A stretch of DNA of 64,000 nucleotides from Clostridia bacterium (GCA_045648785.1 JAZROP010000018.1:4311-68310); one strand, 5' to 3'. Counted from the stretch's first letter, positions 38,230 to 48,424 are shown. Notes: generated from the letters alone by a model not told the origin. A program made the numbers and translations.

Positions 38230-39618
38230 TTATAAATTGTTGAATAAACCGAAGGCTGACAGGAAAATAAGTACCAGAAGAACGGGAGCCACAAATTTAA
38301 CCATAACCTTGTAGAGACTCTCTCTGCCAAATTTTTCACCATTTTTTTTAATTTCGTCAACAACCACTTTAGGTTTAACAACCCAGCCAATGAGAACACA
38401 TGTTACAAAAGCAACAATTGGCATTAATATATTATTTGTAACATAGTCCAAAATATCAAGTATCTGGGCCATTGCACCGTTAGGCAATTTATATTCAAAG
38501 TACCAGATGTTATATCCCAGACAAGTTACAAGTGCAAGAATTGCTGAAATAATCAAAACAACTGTACAGGATTTTTTTCTTTCCCAGCCAAGTTTATCCA
38601 TAACAACCGATGTTATAGCCTCAAGCAAAGAGATTGAGGATGTGATTGCCGCAAAAACAACCAGAATAAAGAATGCTGCGCCTACAAAATGTCCTGCAAA
38701 GCCCATAGATGCAAATACTTTTGGGAGCGATACAAACATCAGGCTGGGCCCGGACGCTTCAAGGCCTGCATATCCCTGGAACACATAAACAACAGGAATC
38801 ATAATCATTCCTGCGAGCAGTGCTACCGCGGTATCAAAAATTTCTATCTGGTTAACTGATTTTACAAGGTCTGTATCATCTCTCGTGTAAGAACCATATG
38901 TAATCATTATTCCCATTGCAAGGCTCATTGAATAGAACATCTGGCTCATTGCATCAAGTAAAACTCTGAAGAATTTACCTATAGTCATACCGCCAAAATT
39001 GGGAACAAAATAAATCTTAAGTCCATCAATTGCTGTACCGAATTCTCCTTTAATTGTAAAGGAAAAGATTGCAATACCTATAATAATTATTAGCAGCGCA
39101 GGCATCAGAATTTTGGAAATTTTTTCAATACCTTTATCAACCCCGGCATAAACAATAAGTGCCGTTGCGCCCATAAAAAGTGCACACCAGAAAATGGGCG
39201 CCCACTGGGAGGTAATGAAGCCCGTGAAATATCCATCTGCAACAGTAGCCATACCATTACCAATAAGGTAATCAGCCGTATATTTTGTTACCCAGCCACC
39301 AATTACACAATAGTAGGGAAATATAAGAAAAGGAACTACAGAAGAAATTATGCCCAGAAAACTGAACTTTTTATTAATCTCTCCGTATGCTTTAATAGGG
39401 CTGAGCTTTGTTTTACGACCAATGGCAATTTCAGTTGTCATAAGAGCAAAGCCAAATGTAAGTGCTAAAATAATATACACCAGCAGGAAGATACCTCCAC
39501 CATTTCTTGCTGCAAGATAAGGGAATCTCCATAGATTACCCAAACCTACCGCCGAACCTGCTGCGGCAAGTACAAAACCAATTCCACCGGTAAAACTACC
39601 GCGTTTTTTATTTTCCAT
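38230..39618 (-). CDS. Sodium-dependent transporter, NSS/SNF family
   Basis: GFVLAAAGSAVGLGNLWRFPY; GIEK; QMFYSMSL.MG.MITYGSY; GPSL.F. Confidence 0.93.
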   Translation of the reverse strand: MENKKRGSFTGGIGFVLAAAGSAVGLGNLWRFPYLAARNGGGIFLLVYIILALTFGFALMTTEIAIGRKTKLSPIKAYGEINKKFSFLGIISSVVPFLIFPYYCVIGGWVTKYTADYLIGNGMATVADGYFTGFITSQWAPIFWCALFMGATALIVYAGVDKGIEKISKILMPALLIIIIGIAIFSFTIKGEFGTAIDGLKIYFVPNFGGMTIGKFFRVLLDAMSQMFYSMSLAMGIMITYGSYTRDDTDLVKSVNQIEIFDTAVALLAGMIMIPVVYVFQGYAGLEASGPSLMFVSLPKVFASMGFAGHFVGAAFFILVVFAAITSSISLLEAITSVVMDKLGWERKKSCTVVLIISAILALVTCLGYNIWYFEYKLPNGAMAQILDILDYVTNNILMPIVAFVTCVLIGWVVKPKVVVDEIKKNGEKFGRESLYKVMVKFVAPVLLVLIFLSAFGLFNNL

Positions 39619-39788
39619 AAACCCACCTTTTCTTTTTGTTTTTACCTCAATTTCGCAAAAGCGTAATTGCAAGCTTTATTTGTTAATTATACCATACAAA
39701 CTGTCTGTTTGTCAATTTTTTTGTAGCTTTTTACCAACAAAAAAAGAAAACCTGACTGTGGCAGGTTTTCTTTTTTTACTATGTATTT

Positions 39789-41204
39789 TTACATTGCGGG
39801 GTTTTGAAAATTTATATCCAGTCCATCACCTAATGTTACTGGAATTTTTTCACTTTTTCTTATCACATTCGCGGCACGCATTTTAACATTTGAGTCGTCA
39901 ATTGCACCGAACACAGCCGTTAAATTTTCACCAGCTGTAACATTCTGAACTATGAGATTTTCTGCCTTTGCGCCCTTGAAATACATTCCGCAAATGTGTC
40001 GTTCATGGTCCACAGGGAAGGTTTGACCGTTCCAGTTACCTTCTTTTCTGTTGTCGTCCGTTTCTTTCGCAACGACTCCAGAAGGATACATAATGTCTTT
40101 AACTGTGACATCTTTATATTCGCCTTCGCCGAAATACACTGCCGCGCCGCCATTACCATACATCTTTACATTCTCGATAACGCTGTCGCTGAGTGTGCAC
40201 GCCGCACGGACTCCCATTCTTCCTCTGGAAGAAACATTTTTAACAGTAATGTTATAGGTATCACCAAGCTTTGCTTTCATGCTTTCCTCTTTGCAATAAG
40301 TATTTTCGCCTATGCGGACAGTAGCACCCGTTCTAACCCACTTTTTTCTTTCGTCGTGGTGTTTCCACAGCTTTTCTTTTGCAGGTTCTCTTTCAATATC
40401 CTCTATAATACCATCAAGCAGGATATTGTAAACCTTTTTGCCGTAATGATTAAGAAGTCTTACCAACGAATAGTTAGTTCTTGCAATAACATTTCTTATA
40501 ATTACACTGTTAATAGAAGTATCAAATTCCGGGTCCATACTGTCGTCGTAAATACTTCTCAGGCAAGTGAGCGCAACAACATCATCGCCCGTTACACCTG
40601 TGATATTTTCAATAATAAAATCGCTGCAGCCTGTGCGCAGGTCAATGCCATCCTGGTTGCGGAAAGTACAAGGTGCGTAGAAATCTATATTTGAAACTCT
40701 GCCGTGGGTGCAGTAATGGAATACAAACGCCCAGTAGCGCTGATTTTTCACTCTTACATTATCTATGCTTATTCTTTCGCAATTGATAAAATTAAACATA
40801 CTGTTCTGTGTAATATGGGGCAGACCGTTTTTGTTATGATTTTCTTCTGTCAGTTTGCTTACGCAGTTGCCACCGTCAAGCAAAACACCACCCACACCAT
40901 AGATGTGAATATCTTTCTGTGTTCCGGCTTTTGTATATGCCTCCGGTGTTCCGAAATTGGAGTTTGTGAATAGGTTGGTATAAACTCCATCAGCCTGAAC
41001 AATATGACAACCCTCAAGACATACGGATGAACCAGAGTGAAGCCGGATTGCTTTTGTAATTGTCCAAAGCGATTCTCCCGTTCTTTCGTTAAATGCAGGA
41101 ACAACCGCAATTCCGCGAATTCTTGTTGCTTCATCAACGGCCGCCTGAATCATTGCACTGTCATTTTCAAGATGTTTATATTTGTTTGCTGATACATAAC
41201 TCAT
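39789..41204 (-). CDS. Right-handed beta-helix glycoside hydrolase (GH28-like), no signal peptide
   Basis: DSAMIQAAVD; NQDGIDL; TGDDVVAL; repeated I.NV/I.NI beta-helix units. Confidence 0.75.
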   Translation of the reverse strand: MSYVSANKYKHLENDSAMIQAAVDEATRIRGIAVVPAFNERTGESLWTITKAIRLHSGSSVCLEGCHIVQADGVYTNLFTNSNFGTPEAYTKAGTQKDIHIYGVGGVLLDGGNCVSKLTEENHNKNGLPHITQNSMFNFINCERISIDNVRVKNQRYWAFVFHYCTHGRVSNIDFYAPCTFRNQDGIDLRTGCSDFIIENITGVTGDDVVALTCLRSIYDDSMDPEFDTSINSVIIRNVIARTNYSLVRLLNHYGKKVYNILLDGIIEDIEREPAKEKLWKHHDERKKWVRTGATVRIGENTYCKEESMKAKLGDTYNITVKNVSSRGRMGVRAACTLSDSVIENVKMYGNGGAAVYFGEGEYKDVTVKDIMYPSGVVAKETDDNRKEGNWNGQTFPVDHERHICGMYFKGAKAENLIVQNVTAGENLTAVFGAIDDSNVKMRAANVIRKSEKIPVTLGDGLDINFQNPAM

Positions 41205-41279
41205 AACCTTTCCCTCCAAAAAAAACATCGCTAAACAGAACTGCAAAAATGCAATTCTATTTAGCGATAAAACACTTAA

Positions 41280-41561
41280 TTAAGCATTAGGATAAACGCT
41301 TACCTGTTTTTTGTCTCTGCCGAGACGCTCAAATTTAACTTTGCCCGTTACCAGAGCGAACAATGTGTCGTCACTACCCTTGCCAACATTTGTGCCGGGG
41401 TGAATTTTTGTTCCTCTCTGTCTAACAAGAATGTTACCTGCCAGTACTGTCTGACCGTCAGCTCTTTTTACACCAAGTCTTTTGGATTCGCTGTCACGAC
41501 CGTTCTTTGTACTACCAACACCCTTTTTGTGAGCAAAAAACTGTAAATTTAAATTTAACAT
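41280..41561 (-). CDS. rpmA: 50S ribosomal protein L27 with Prp-cleaved N-terminal extension
   Basis: [24 protein letters not shown]. Confidence 0.97.
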   Translation of the reverse strand: MLNLNLQFFAHKKGVGSTKNGRDSESKRLGVKRADGQTVLAGNILVRQRGTKIHPGTNVGKGSDDTLFALVTGKVKFERLGRDKKQVSVYPNA

Positions 41562-41896
41562 TTTTTTACCTCCGTTTTTAAAGTTAAGAAATCTTCGTAC
41601 TGTTTGCTTACCGATTGCACAATCTTAAAAAAGCCGTCCATCATAGGTTTTATGATTTCCTTTTCTTTTTCAGACAAATCTTTAGGCAATCTACAGGCTA
41701 TTTCGGCATCACCGAGAACCTTAAATGAAGCTTTTTCTTCACCGATTACCTGTGCAATCTGAAGTTCAAGCATCTGGATGCTTGCGGAAACCGCCGCACA
41801 GACAATATCACTACCCTCTTCGGAATAACCGGAGTGTCCGTAAACCGAAAATCCTGTGATATTACCATCATCCAATGCAAATTTTACGGTTGTCAT
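41555..41896 (-). CDS. prp: Ribosomal-processing cysteine protease Prp (YsxB)
   Basis: [15 protein letters not shown]; between rplU and rpmA. Confidence 0.93.
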   Translation of the reverse strand: MTTVKFALDDGNITGFSVYGHSGYSEEGSDIVCAAVSASIQMLELQIAQVIGEEKASFKVLGDAEIACRLPKDLSEKEKEIIKPMMDGFFKIVQSVSKQYEDFLTLKTEVKKC

Positions 41897-41899
41897 AGC

Positions 41900-42259
41900 T
41901 TAGTTTTCTTCTGCTACTGCTTCAGCTTCAGCCTTGGGAGCTCTGGGCTTAGCAGTTTTGATAGCCTTGATTTCAATTTTGTCAAGGGGCTGTCTGTGTC
42001 CCTGGCGTTTGTGATAACCTTTTTTAGGTTTGTATTTGAAAATTCTTACTTTGTTGCCTTTAACGCTTTCAAGTACAGTAGCTTCAACAGAAACACCTTT
42101 TACTGTAGGAGCACCGATTTTTGTGTTTTCACCGTCAACAACTGCAAGAACATCAAATTTAACCTTTTTTCCAGCTTCAACACCAAGTTTTTCAACGAGA
42201 ATTACATCGCCTTTTTCAACTTTGTACTGTTTACCGCCGGTTTCGATTACTGCGTACAT
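41900..42259 (-). CDS. rplU: 50S ribosomal protein L21
   Basis: MYAVIETGGKQY; KRQGHRQ. Confidence 0.97.
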   Translation of the reverse strand: MYAVIETGGKQYKVEKGDVILVEKLGVEAGKKVKFDVLAVVDGENTKIGAPTVKGVSVEATVLESVKGNKVRIFKYKPKKGYHKRQGHRQPLDKIEIKAIKTAKPRAPKAEAEAVAEEN

Positions 42260-42277
42260 ATCTTTTTCCTCCATCCT

Positions 42278-42345
42278 TCCTTACTCGCCGGACTGCCGGG
42301 TACCGAAAATCGGATTTATAACCCGTCCCGTGCGGCTAATACAGT
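42278..42345 (-). promoter_or_regulatory. L21 leader RNA
   Basis: GCCGCAC..GGGUU..GUACCC..GGCGAGU structured 5' UTR between a TTGACA/TACAAT promoter and the rplU RBS. Confidence 0.7.
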
Positions 42346-42386
42346 ATTGTATCATAAAAATCATTCTGTGTCAATAGTAAAACGCT

Positions 42387-42976
42387 TTATTTTATGTATT
42401 TTTCAGAAATTTTCCCCACAAGCATTATAAGCGCAAGTGGTGGAAGCGCTAGACCAAGGAACAACGATAGTGCTCCCTACTCATTTTTAACTAGTTTTGG
42501 GTAAACTGTTTTTGCAATAAATACATTGCACGCTCCAACAACAACTAAAATAGTGTTAAGGAGAGTCAATGCCGTACCTGCATAATAAAGCGCTCTTGCT
42601 CTGTGTTTTGGCGAAAGCTGAGTGGAGAATATTTTAAACATCCCCGGCCATACCGCTGCCTGAATTATTTCGTTGAAAACCCATGCGCCCATCATAACAT
42701 AATAGTTCTAATTGATGAAAATCACAGCATTTGCAATCGCCGCTCCGGCAAAGCCAATGAAAATCAGTTTATAGGGCGAATACTTATCTGCCAGAATGCC
42801 GCTGTAATGGCTCCCGTCTGAGATTTTGTAAATAGTCCTTCGGCTACAATGGAGGCTATTGCCGCATTGTAACACATTTTTGTCATATAAATTACCGCAT
42901 ATAATACCCATGCAAAAATGAAAAGAAAAATGCTTTTCTTCTCATTTTCAAGGTATTTTACTTTAATTGCCTTCAA
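42387..42976 (-). pseudogene. Frameshifted, internally deleted MFS transporter relic
   Basis: Fragments YAVIYMTKMCYNAAIASIV..G.FTKSQTG / ADKYSPYKLIFIG / QAAVWPGMFK / LLNTILVVVG..KNE*GALSLFLGLALP; about 590 nt, directly after the mannosidase stop. Confidence 0.75.
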
Positions 42977-42980
42977 AAAT

Positions 42981-45900
42981 TTATGCCCTTTTTATGCGGA
43001 AGGTTTTTATTTCATAAGGCTTCATCGTAACTTCAAAAGTATTTCCGTCAGCTTTAATCTGTGCAAATTCTTCAGCTTCAACAAAATCCGATTCACTAAC
43101 TGATTTTATGTCAAAACCCGTTTCAATTTTTACATTTGTCCTTCTGCCACAGGCTTCGTATGCTCTCACAATGATATCCTCACCATCCTGAGCTTCTTTA
43201 ACTGCAGAAATTATAACATTTTCTACGCTTGAGGAAATAAAGCTGTAGTTTGCCGGCAGATTTCCTTTTCCCTCAGATTTTGCCGCTATAAGCGGACAGT
43301 TAAGTGCAAACGCCTCTTTTACAACGCCGCCCTCCTGCCAGCTTCCACTGTGTGCCATAAGGGAATATGTGAACTCGTGCTTACCTATATCAGCATTTTC
43401 ATTGGGATATGTGCCACATTTTAAAAGTGTAAGCCCCATTACACCGTCGTGAATGTCACAGCCATACTTACAGTCATTAAGCAGTGCAACCCCGTAGCCA
43501 TTTTCTGAATAATCCATCCATTTATGAGCACAAACCTCAAATTTTGCTGCTTCCCAGGAGGTATTCATGTGGGTGGGGCGTTCCACCGCACCATACTGAA
43601 TTTCAAATGTTGCTTTTCCGGCATCAATATCGACAGGAAAAAGACTGCGGAGTATGATATGATGTTCATTCCAGTCAATATCATTTTTTATGTCAATTCT
43701 GGGGGTATTGCCGTAAACAGTAATGGACTGGCAAATGGTGGAATTCATAAACTTCTTTGTGATTTTCAATGAATTTCCGCATATTTCGGTTGAAACTACA
43801 TCGCCAACCTCCCATTTCTGCTCAGGATAATATGCGCACATCTCCCAGTTATCAAATTTAAACGGGTGATCGTCGTAAGCATAGATAACATTGCCACGCT
43901 CGCCCGGCTTTAACATCTCTCTGGAATTTTTCTTGTCAAAAATTCTCGAAAATGCACCTTTTTCATCAATTTCAAGAATATAATAGTCATTTTCTATGCG
44001 ATTTTCACTTATGCTGATGTCCTCTGCCAACAGATTATCTTTTACCACCTTGTAGCCGTAGGCCGGAATATTTTCCGCAAAAATGCGTTTTCCGTCAAAT
44101 TCAACCTCCTCACTTCTTTCAAAGCTTGTGGGGTTGTAAACAAGCACACCTTTTTCACAAACATTTTCAGCAATGTTAGAAATTGCGTCCCTGGAAAGAT
44201 TTGTGTTTTCGGAAATTACCTGAGCATAATCTCTGTCCGAATCTTCATAAACCTCTTTAATTGATGAGCCAGGGATTATATCATGGAACTGATTTAACAG
44301 CACCTTTTCCCACGAATTATAAAGACTTTCTTTAGGGTATTTTCCGCCTGTCAGTTCTTTATTTATCAGCGACACGGTTTCTGTGTGTGCAAGCAGATGT
44401 TCACACATTCTGTTGAATTTTTTATTTTTCGCCATGCTTGTATATGTACCGCGGTGCATTTCAAGATAAAGTTCGCCAACCCATTTAGGTAGTTTTTTCC
44501 CTTTTACATTTTCTTTTATTCTGGCAATGCAGTCTGCCGCCTTTGTCAGCCTTGATGTGGGGCTTCCAGGAATGGATTTGGCTGTTCTGCGTTGGAATTC
44601 AAGCATTTCTTCGTTGGCACCACCGCCACCATCACCATAGCCGTAACTTGTTAAAATCTCATTATTTATATCTTTCTGATGATATTTTCTCCAGGAATAT
44701 TCAAGGGTAAGTGGCTGAATGGATGCACTATAGGTTGAAAACCTTTCTACCTTTTCAAGACTTACATTGGGGTGTGCACCGATTATGAACTGAGTAAAAA
44801 TCTCAGTGCCGTCAATTCCCTGCCAATTAAATGTGTCATATGGAATTGTATTATATTCATTCCAGCTGATTTTGGATGTGACAAATGTGTCAATACCCGA
44901 TTTTTTAAGAATCTGAGGAAGTGCCGCGCTATAACCAAAAACATCAGGCAGCCACAAAATTTTCGATTCCTTGCCAAATTCTTCTTTTATAAATCTTTTG
45001 CCATGAAGAATCTGTCGGATGAGACTCTCGCCGCTTGAAAGATTACAATCCGCCTCAAGCCACATTGCGCCCTCAACTTCCCATCTGCCCTCTTTTACCT
45101 TTTCCTTAATTTTTTCATAAAGTTCGGGTTCTTCTTCTTTTACAAACTTATAAAGCTGAGGCTGACTTGATGTGAAAATATATTCGGGATATCTGTCCAT
45201 CAAATCTATTACAGACGCAAAGCTGCGGACAGCTTTCTGCCGTGTCTGCTCTAAATTCCACAGCCACGCCACATCTATATGAGTGCTTCCAACACAACCA
45301 ACTATTGGACCGCCTTCGCGATAACCGCAATATTTACCGTAAAATTCTTTTTCCATATACTCGTTTGCCGCTTGGCAGGAATTAAGATAGTCCTCCGAGC
45401 CGGGCAAACGCAAATCTATCATGTTAAGGGTTGCTGTGAGATAGTTTTCTATTTTTATTCTGTAGTCGTTATCCTCAGGATGCATTTTTGCCGCAACAAG
45501 CGCAGCCCTCAGGTTAAAGTAGAGGCTTTGCAGATTATGATTGTGCATGCAGAGCACAGGCTTTATCTCGGTTTTATTCTGTTGCATACCAGAATATGCG
45601 CGCATTTCAATCACATATTTATCCCCTGCTTTTGCCTTCTGCGAAAGATAAATAAGTCTGTGGTTTGAATCTATTCCACATTTTATATGCCCGTTCACAT
45701 AAGCAGCCATCTGAGTCTCACTTCTCGCCCAGCTGTCCCTTGCGGTTTCTTTGAATTCAACAACAGCAGTTTTGCCGTCAAGTTCTTCAGGGATTGTTAC
45801 CTCAAATTTAAACCATCCCCATATATCATAACCGCCCCACGCCGAGCCATCGTATTTCTCCCAATTCTCTGTTTTTTCCTTGCCGTGAGATACAAAAATT

Positions 45901-45986
45901 TCTTCAACCGCTTTCTGTTTGGAATTGATTGTATCTGCGATAGCATTGATGTATTCCTGAGTTCTTTCAATAATAAAATTCTGCAT
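42981..45986 (-). CDS. Alpha-mannosidase, GH38 family (cytoplasmic)
   Basis: HIDVAWLW; WLPDVFGY; YGYGDGGGG; GELYLEMHRGTYTS; LNQFHDIIPGS; LLNDCKYG. Confidence 0.93.
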   Translation of the reverse strand: MQNFIIERTQEYINAIADTINSKQKAVEEIFVSHGKEKTENWEKYDGSAWGGYDIWGWFKFEVTIPEELDGKTAVVEFKETARDSWARSETQMAAYVNGHIKCGIDSNHRLIYLSQKAKAGDKYVIEMRAYSGMQQNKTEIKPVLCMHNHNLQSLYFNLRAALVAAKMHPEDNDYRIKIENYLTATLNMIDLRLPGSEDYLNSCQAANEYMEKEFYGKYCGYREGGPIVGCVGSTHIDVAWLWNLEQTRQKAVRSFASVIDLMDRYPEYIFTSSQPQLYKFVKEEEPELYEKIKEKVKEGRWEVEGAMWLEADCNLSSGESLIRQILHGKRFIKEEFGKESKILWLPDVFGYSAALPQILKKSGIDTFVTSKISWNEYNTIPYDTFNWQGIDGTEIFTQFIIGAHPNVSLEKVERFSTYSASIQPLTLEYSWRKYHQKDINNEILTSYGYGDGGGGANEEMLEFQRRTAKSIPGSPTSRLTKAADCIARIKENVKGKKLPKWVGELYLEMHRGTYTSMAKNKKFNRMCEHLLAHTETVSLINKELTGGKYPKESLYNSWEKVLLNQFHDIIPGSSIKEVYEDSDRDYAQVISENTNLSRDAISNIAENVCEKGVLVYNPTSFERSEEVEFDGKRIFAENIPAYGYKVVKDNLLAEDISISENRIENDYYILEIDEKGAFSRIFDKKNSREMLKPGERGNVIYAYDDHPFKFDNWEMCAYYPEQKWEVGDVVSTEICGNSLKITKKFMNSTICQSITVYGNTPRIDIKNDIDWNEHHIILRSLFPVDIDAGKATFEIQYGAVERPTHMNTSWEAAKFEVCAHKWMDYSENGYGVALLNDCKYGCDIHDGVMGLTLLKCGTYPNENADIGKHEFTYSLMAHSGSWQEGGVVKEAFALNCPLIAAKSEGKGNLPANYSFISSSVENVIISAVKEAQDGEDIIVRAYEACGRRTNVKIETGFDIKSVSESDFVEAEEFAQIKADGNTFEVTMKPYEIKTFRIKRA

Positions 45987-46006
45987 AAATTTACTCTCCT
46001 ATAAAA

Positions 46007-46056
46007 ATGTGGTATAACCCTAATTAGGATTATACCACATATAAAAAGCATGTCAA
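46007..46056 (-). promoter_or_regulatory. Mannosidase promoter with a 34-bp palindromic operator candidate
   Basis: TTGACA-16-TATAAT (TG-extended) on the minus strand; ATGTGGTATAA-C-CCTAATTAGG-A-TTATACCACAT at 46007-46040. Confidence 0.65.
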
Positions 46057-46089
46057 TACAAAATTTGTTAGAAAAGCAAAATTATTCAA

Positions 46090-46540
46090 AAATTTTAATA
46101 AGGTCATTACCCTTTCTGAACTTAGGCAAAATTATATTAAGTTCATACTCAAGCTGACGGAGTTTCCAACGGAGTGCGTCCTCGTCGGCAGTGTATTCCA
46201 TACTTGGTTCCCAACCAAATCGCGAATCCTGCTGTGCTATTGGAATTGTTTCCTTAACATTTATTTTCCCTCAAGCCGGAATGGATATGCAGGTCCGATT
46301 CTGTATCCGCCATACTGGTCCTCGTTTGTAGGACAGTAGTGGGTGATTGCTTTGTCAAAACAGTCGGTTGCCTTTTTAACTTCTGCCGTTTTCAACATCC
46401 ATTCCTTTGGATGCCTGAGCAAACCAGTCATCTGCTTCGATTGTATTTGTCTGGGGACCGCCAACGGCATAGCTAGAGCATCCGTACCATACTGTAGGCA
46501 GACTTTATGCAATCGGCTATCTCAAAGGCTTACTTGAAAT
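46090..46540 (-). pseudogene. Fragmented relic of a larger uncharacterised (possibly carbohydrate-active) gene
   Basis: Protein-like fragments in different frames: FDKAITHYCPTNEDQYGGYRIGPAYPF and NVKETIPIAQQDSRFGWEPSMEYTADEDALRWKLRQLEYEL; no start or RBS. Confidence 0.6.
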
Positions 46541-46549
46541 GTTAGGATA

Positions 46550-46584
46550 AAAAATACGCAACCTTTAGCGGTTGCGTATTTTTT
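46550..46584 (-). terminator. Terminator after fhs
   Basis: AAAAATACGCAACC-TTTAGC-GGTTGCGTATTTTT. Confidence 0.8.
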
Positions 46585-46599
46585 ATATTAGCTTGTTTC

Positions 46600-48270
46600 T
46601 TAAAAAAGCCCTGTTATTTTACCATTACTGTCTATGTCAATACTATTTGCCGCCGGAGTTTTGGGAAGCCCGGGCATTGTCATTATTGTTCCTGTGAGAA
46701 CAACCACAAACCCTGCACCTGCAGAAACTCTTGCTTCTGTTACGGTAACCTCAAAACCTTCCGGTCTGCCGAGTGCTGTAGCATCATCGGACAGCGAATA
46801 CTGGTTTTTCGCCATGCAAACCGGCAGATTACCATATCCCAGCGCTTCAATTCTCGCAATTTGCTGAGATGCAGCCGCAGTATAGTTTACACCTTTTCCG
46901 CCATAAACCTTTGTTACAACTGCATTGATTTTATCCTTAATGGGCAGTTCAAGCTCGTAGAAAGGTTTATAGGGAACAGTTTCTTTATCTGTAACCTCAA
47001 CAATTTTCTTTGCAAGCTCCGTTGCGCCATCGCCACCTTTTGCAAAACCTTCACATTTAACACAGCTTACGCCGTAGCTTGCACAGAATTCTTCAACCGC
47101 TTTAGCTTCATCATCTGTATCTGTAGCAAAGGAATTTAATGTAACAATAGGCTCTATACCGCAGGATTTAATGTTTTCGATATGTTTACCAAGGTTAGGC
47201 AGACCTTTCTTAAGTGCTTCAACATTCTCCTGTGAAAGGTCCTCTTTTTTGACTCCACCATTATATTTAAGTGCACGAATTGTAGCAACAATTACTATTG
47301 CCGCAGGATTAAGTCCCGCTTTACGGCATTTGATGTCCAGGAATTTTTCTCCGCCTAAGTCGGCACCGAAGCCTGCTTCTGTTATGCAGTAATCTGCAAG
47401 TTTGAGTGCAAGTTTTGTTGCCGTCACGCTGTTACATCCGTGTGCAATATTTGCAAAAGGACCACCGTGCATAAGGCATGGTGTGTTTTCAAGAGTCTGT
47501 ACAAGGTTTGGTTTTATGGCATCCTTTAAAAGCACAGCCATTGAGCCTACTGCTTTAAGGTCCGCCGCTGTAACCGGTTTGTTGTCGTATGTATATGCGA
47601 CAATTATTTTACCAAGTCTTTCTTTTAAATCTTCAATACCCTCAGCGAGGCATACAATAGCCATTATTTCTGATGCAACCGTAATCTGAAATCCGTCCTG
47701 GCGGGTAACGCCGTCAACCTCTCTGCCCATCCCGCAGACAATGTTGCGAAGCGCTCTTTCGTTCATGTCCATAACGCGTTTCCAGACAATTCTCTTTGGG
47801 TCGATACCCAGCTCGTTGCCCTGATAAATGTGGTTATCCAGAAGTGCAGATAAAAGATTATTTGCTGCTGTCATAGCATGAATGTCGCCCGTAAAATGAA
47901 GATTTATGTCCTCCATGGGCACAACCTGAGCATAACCGCCACCTGCAGCTCCACCCTTTACACCAAATACAGGACCGAGCGAAGGTTCTCTGAGCGCAAT
48001 AATAGCATTTTTACCTATTTTCGCAAAAGCCTGGCCTATTCCAACTGTCGTAGTGGTTTTTCCTTCACCGGCCGGTGTGGGATTTATCGCTGTTACAAGT
48101 ATCAGTTTACCATCCTTATTTGCTTTTGATTTTTCAATAGCATCCCAGCTGATTTTCGCTTTGTATTTTCCGTAAAGCTCCAAATTGTCAGCCGTAATTC
48201 CAATTTTTTCAGCAACCTCTGTTATGGGTAGCATGCTACAGCTTTCAGCAATTTCAATATCTGTTTTCAT
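46600..48270 (-). CDS. fhs: Formate-tetrahydrofolate ligase
   Basis: [14 protein letters not shown]; KGGAAGGGY; [11 protein letters not shown]; [10 protein letters not shown]; MTMPGLP. Confidence 0.97.
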   Translation of the reverse strand: MKTDIEIAESCSMLPITEVAEKIGITADNLELYGKYKAKISWDAIEKSKANKDGKLILVTAINPTPAGEGKTTTTVGIGQAFAKIGKNAIIALREPSLGPVFGVKGGAAGGGYAQVVPMEDINLHFTGDIHAMTAANNLLSALLDNHIYQGNELGIDPKRIVWKRVMDMNERALRNIVCGMGREVDGVTRQDGFQITVASEIMAIVCLAEGIEDLKERLGKIIVAYTYDNKPVTAADLKAVGSMAVLLKDAIKPNLVQTLENTPCLMHGGPFANIAHGCNSVTATKLALKLADYCITEAGFGADLGGEKFLDIKCRKAGLNPAAIVIVATIRALKYNGGVKKEDLSQENVEALKKGLPNLGKHIENIKSCGIEPIVTLNSFATDTDDEAKAVEEFCASYGVSCVKCEGFAKGGDGATELAKKIVEVTDKETVPYKPFYELELPIKDKINAVVTKVYGGKGVNYTAAASQQIARIEALGYGNLPVCMAKNQYSLSDDATALGRPEGFEVTVTEARVSAGAGFVVVLTGTIMTMPGLPKTPAANSIDIDSNGKITGLF

Positions 48271-48309
48271 AAAAAGTCAACTCTCCTTCAGGTTACATAA
48301 ATTTTATGG

Positions 48310-48414
48310 TTTTGCACATTTTCCACAAGGTTATCCACAGCAAACAAGCGTTTTTGTGTGTATTTTCGCGAGTTATCCACAGGGTTAGTGCATAAATCTA
48401 CTGTTTTTTCAACA
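48310..48414. promoter_or_regulatory. DnaA-box cluster
   Basis: TTTTGCACA 48310, TTTTCCACA 48319, TTATCCACA 48331, TTATCCACA 48373; one-mismatch boxes at 48387 (reverse) and 48406. Confidence 0.75.
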
Positions 48415-48424
48415 TGTTATGCGT

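Noticed and set aside
48271-48424. ZTP riboswitch before fhs, or oriC
   Set aside because: No aptamer motif seen; no dnaA/dnaN or clear unwinding element. Reported only as a DnaA-box cluster.
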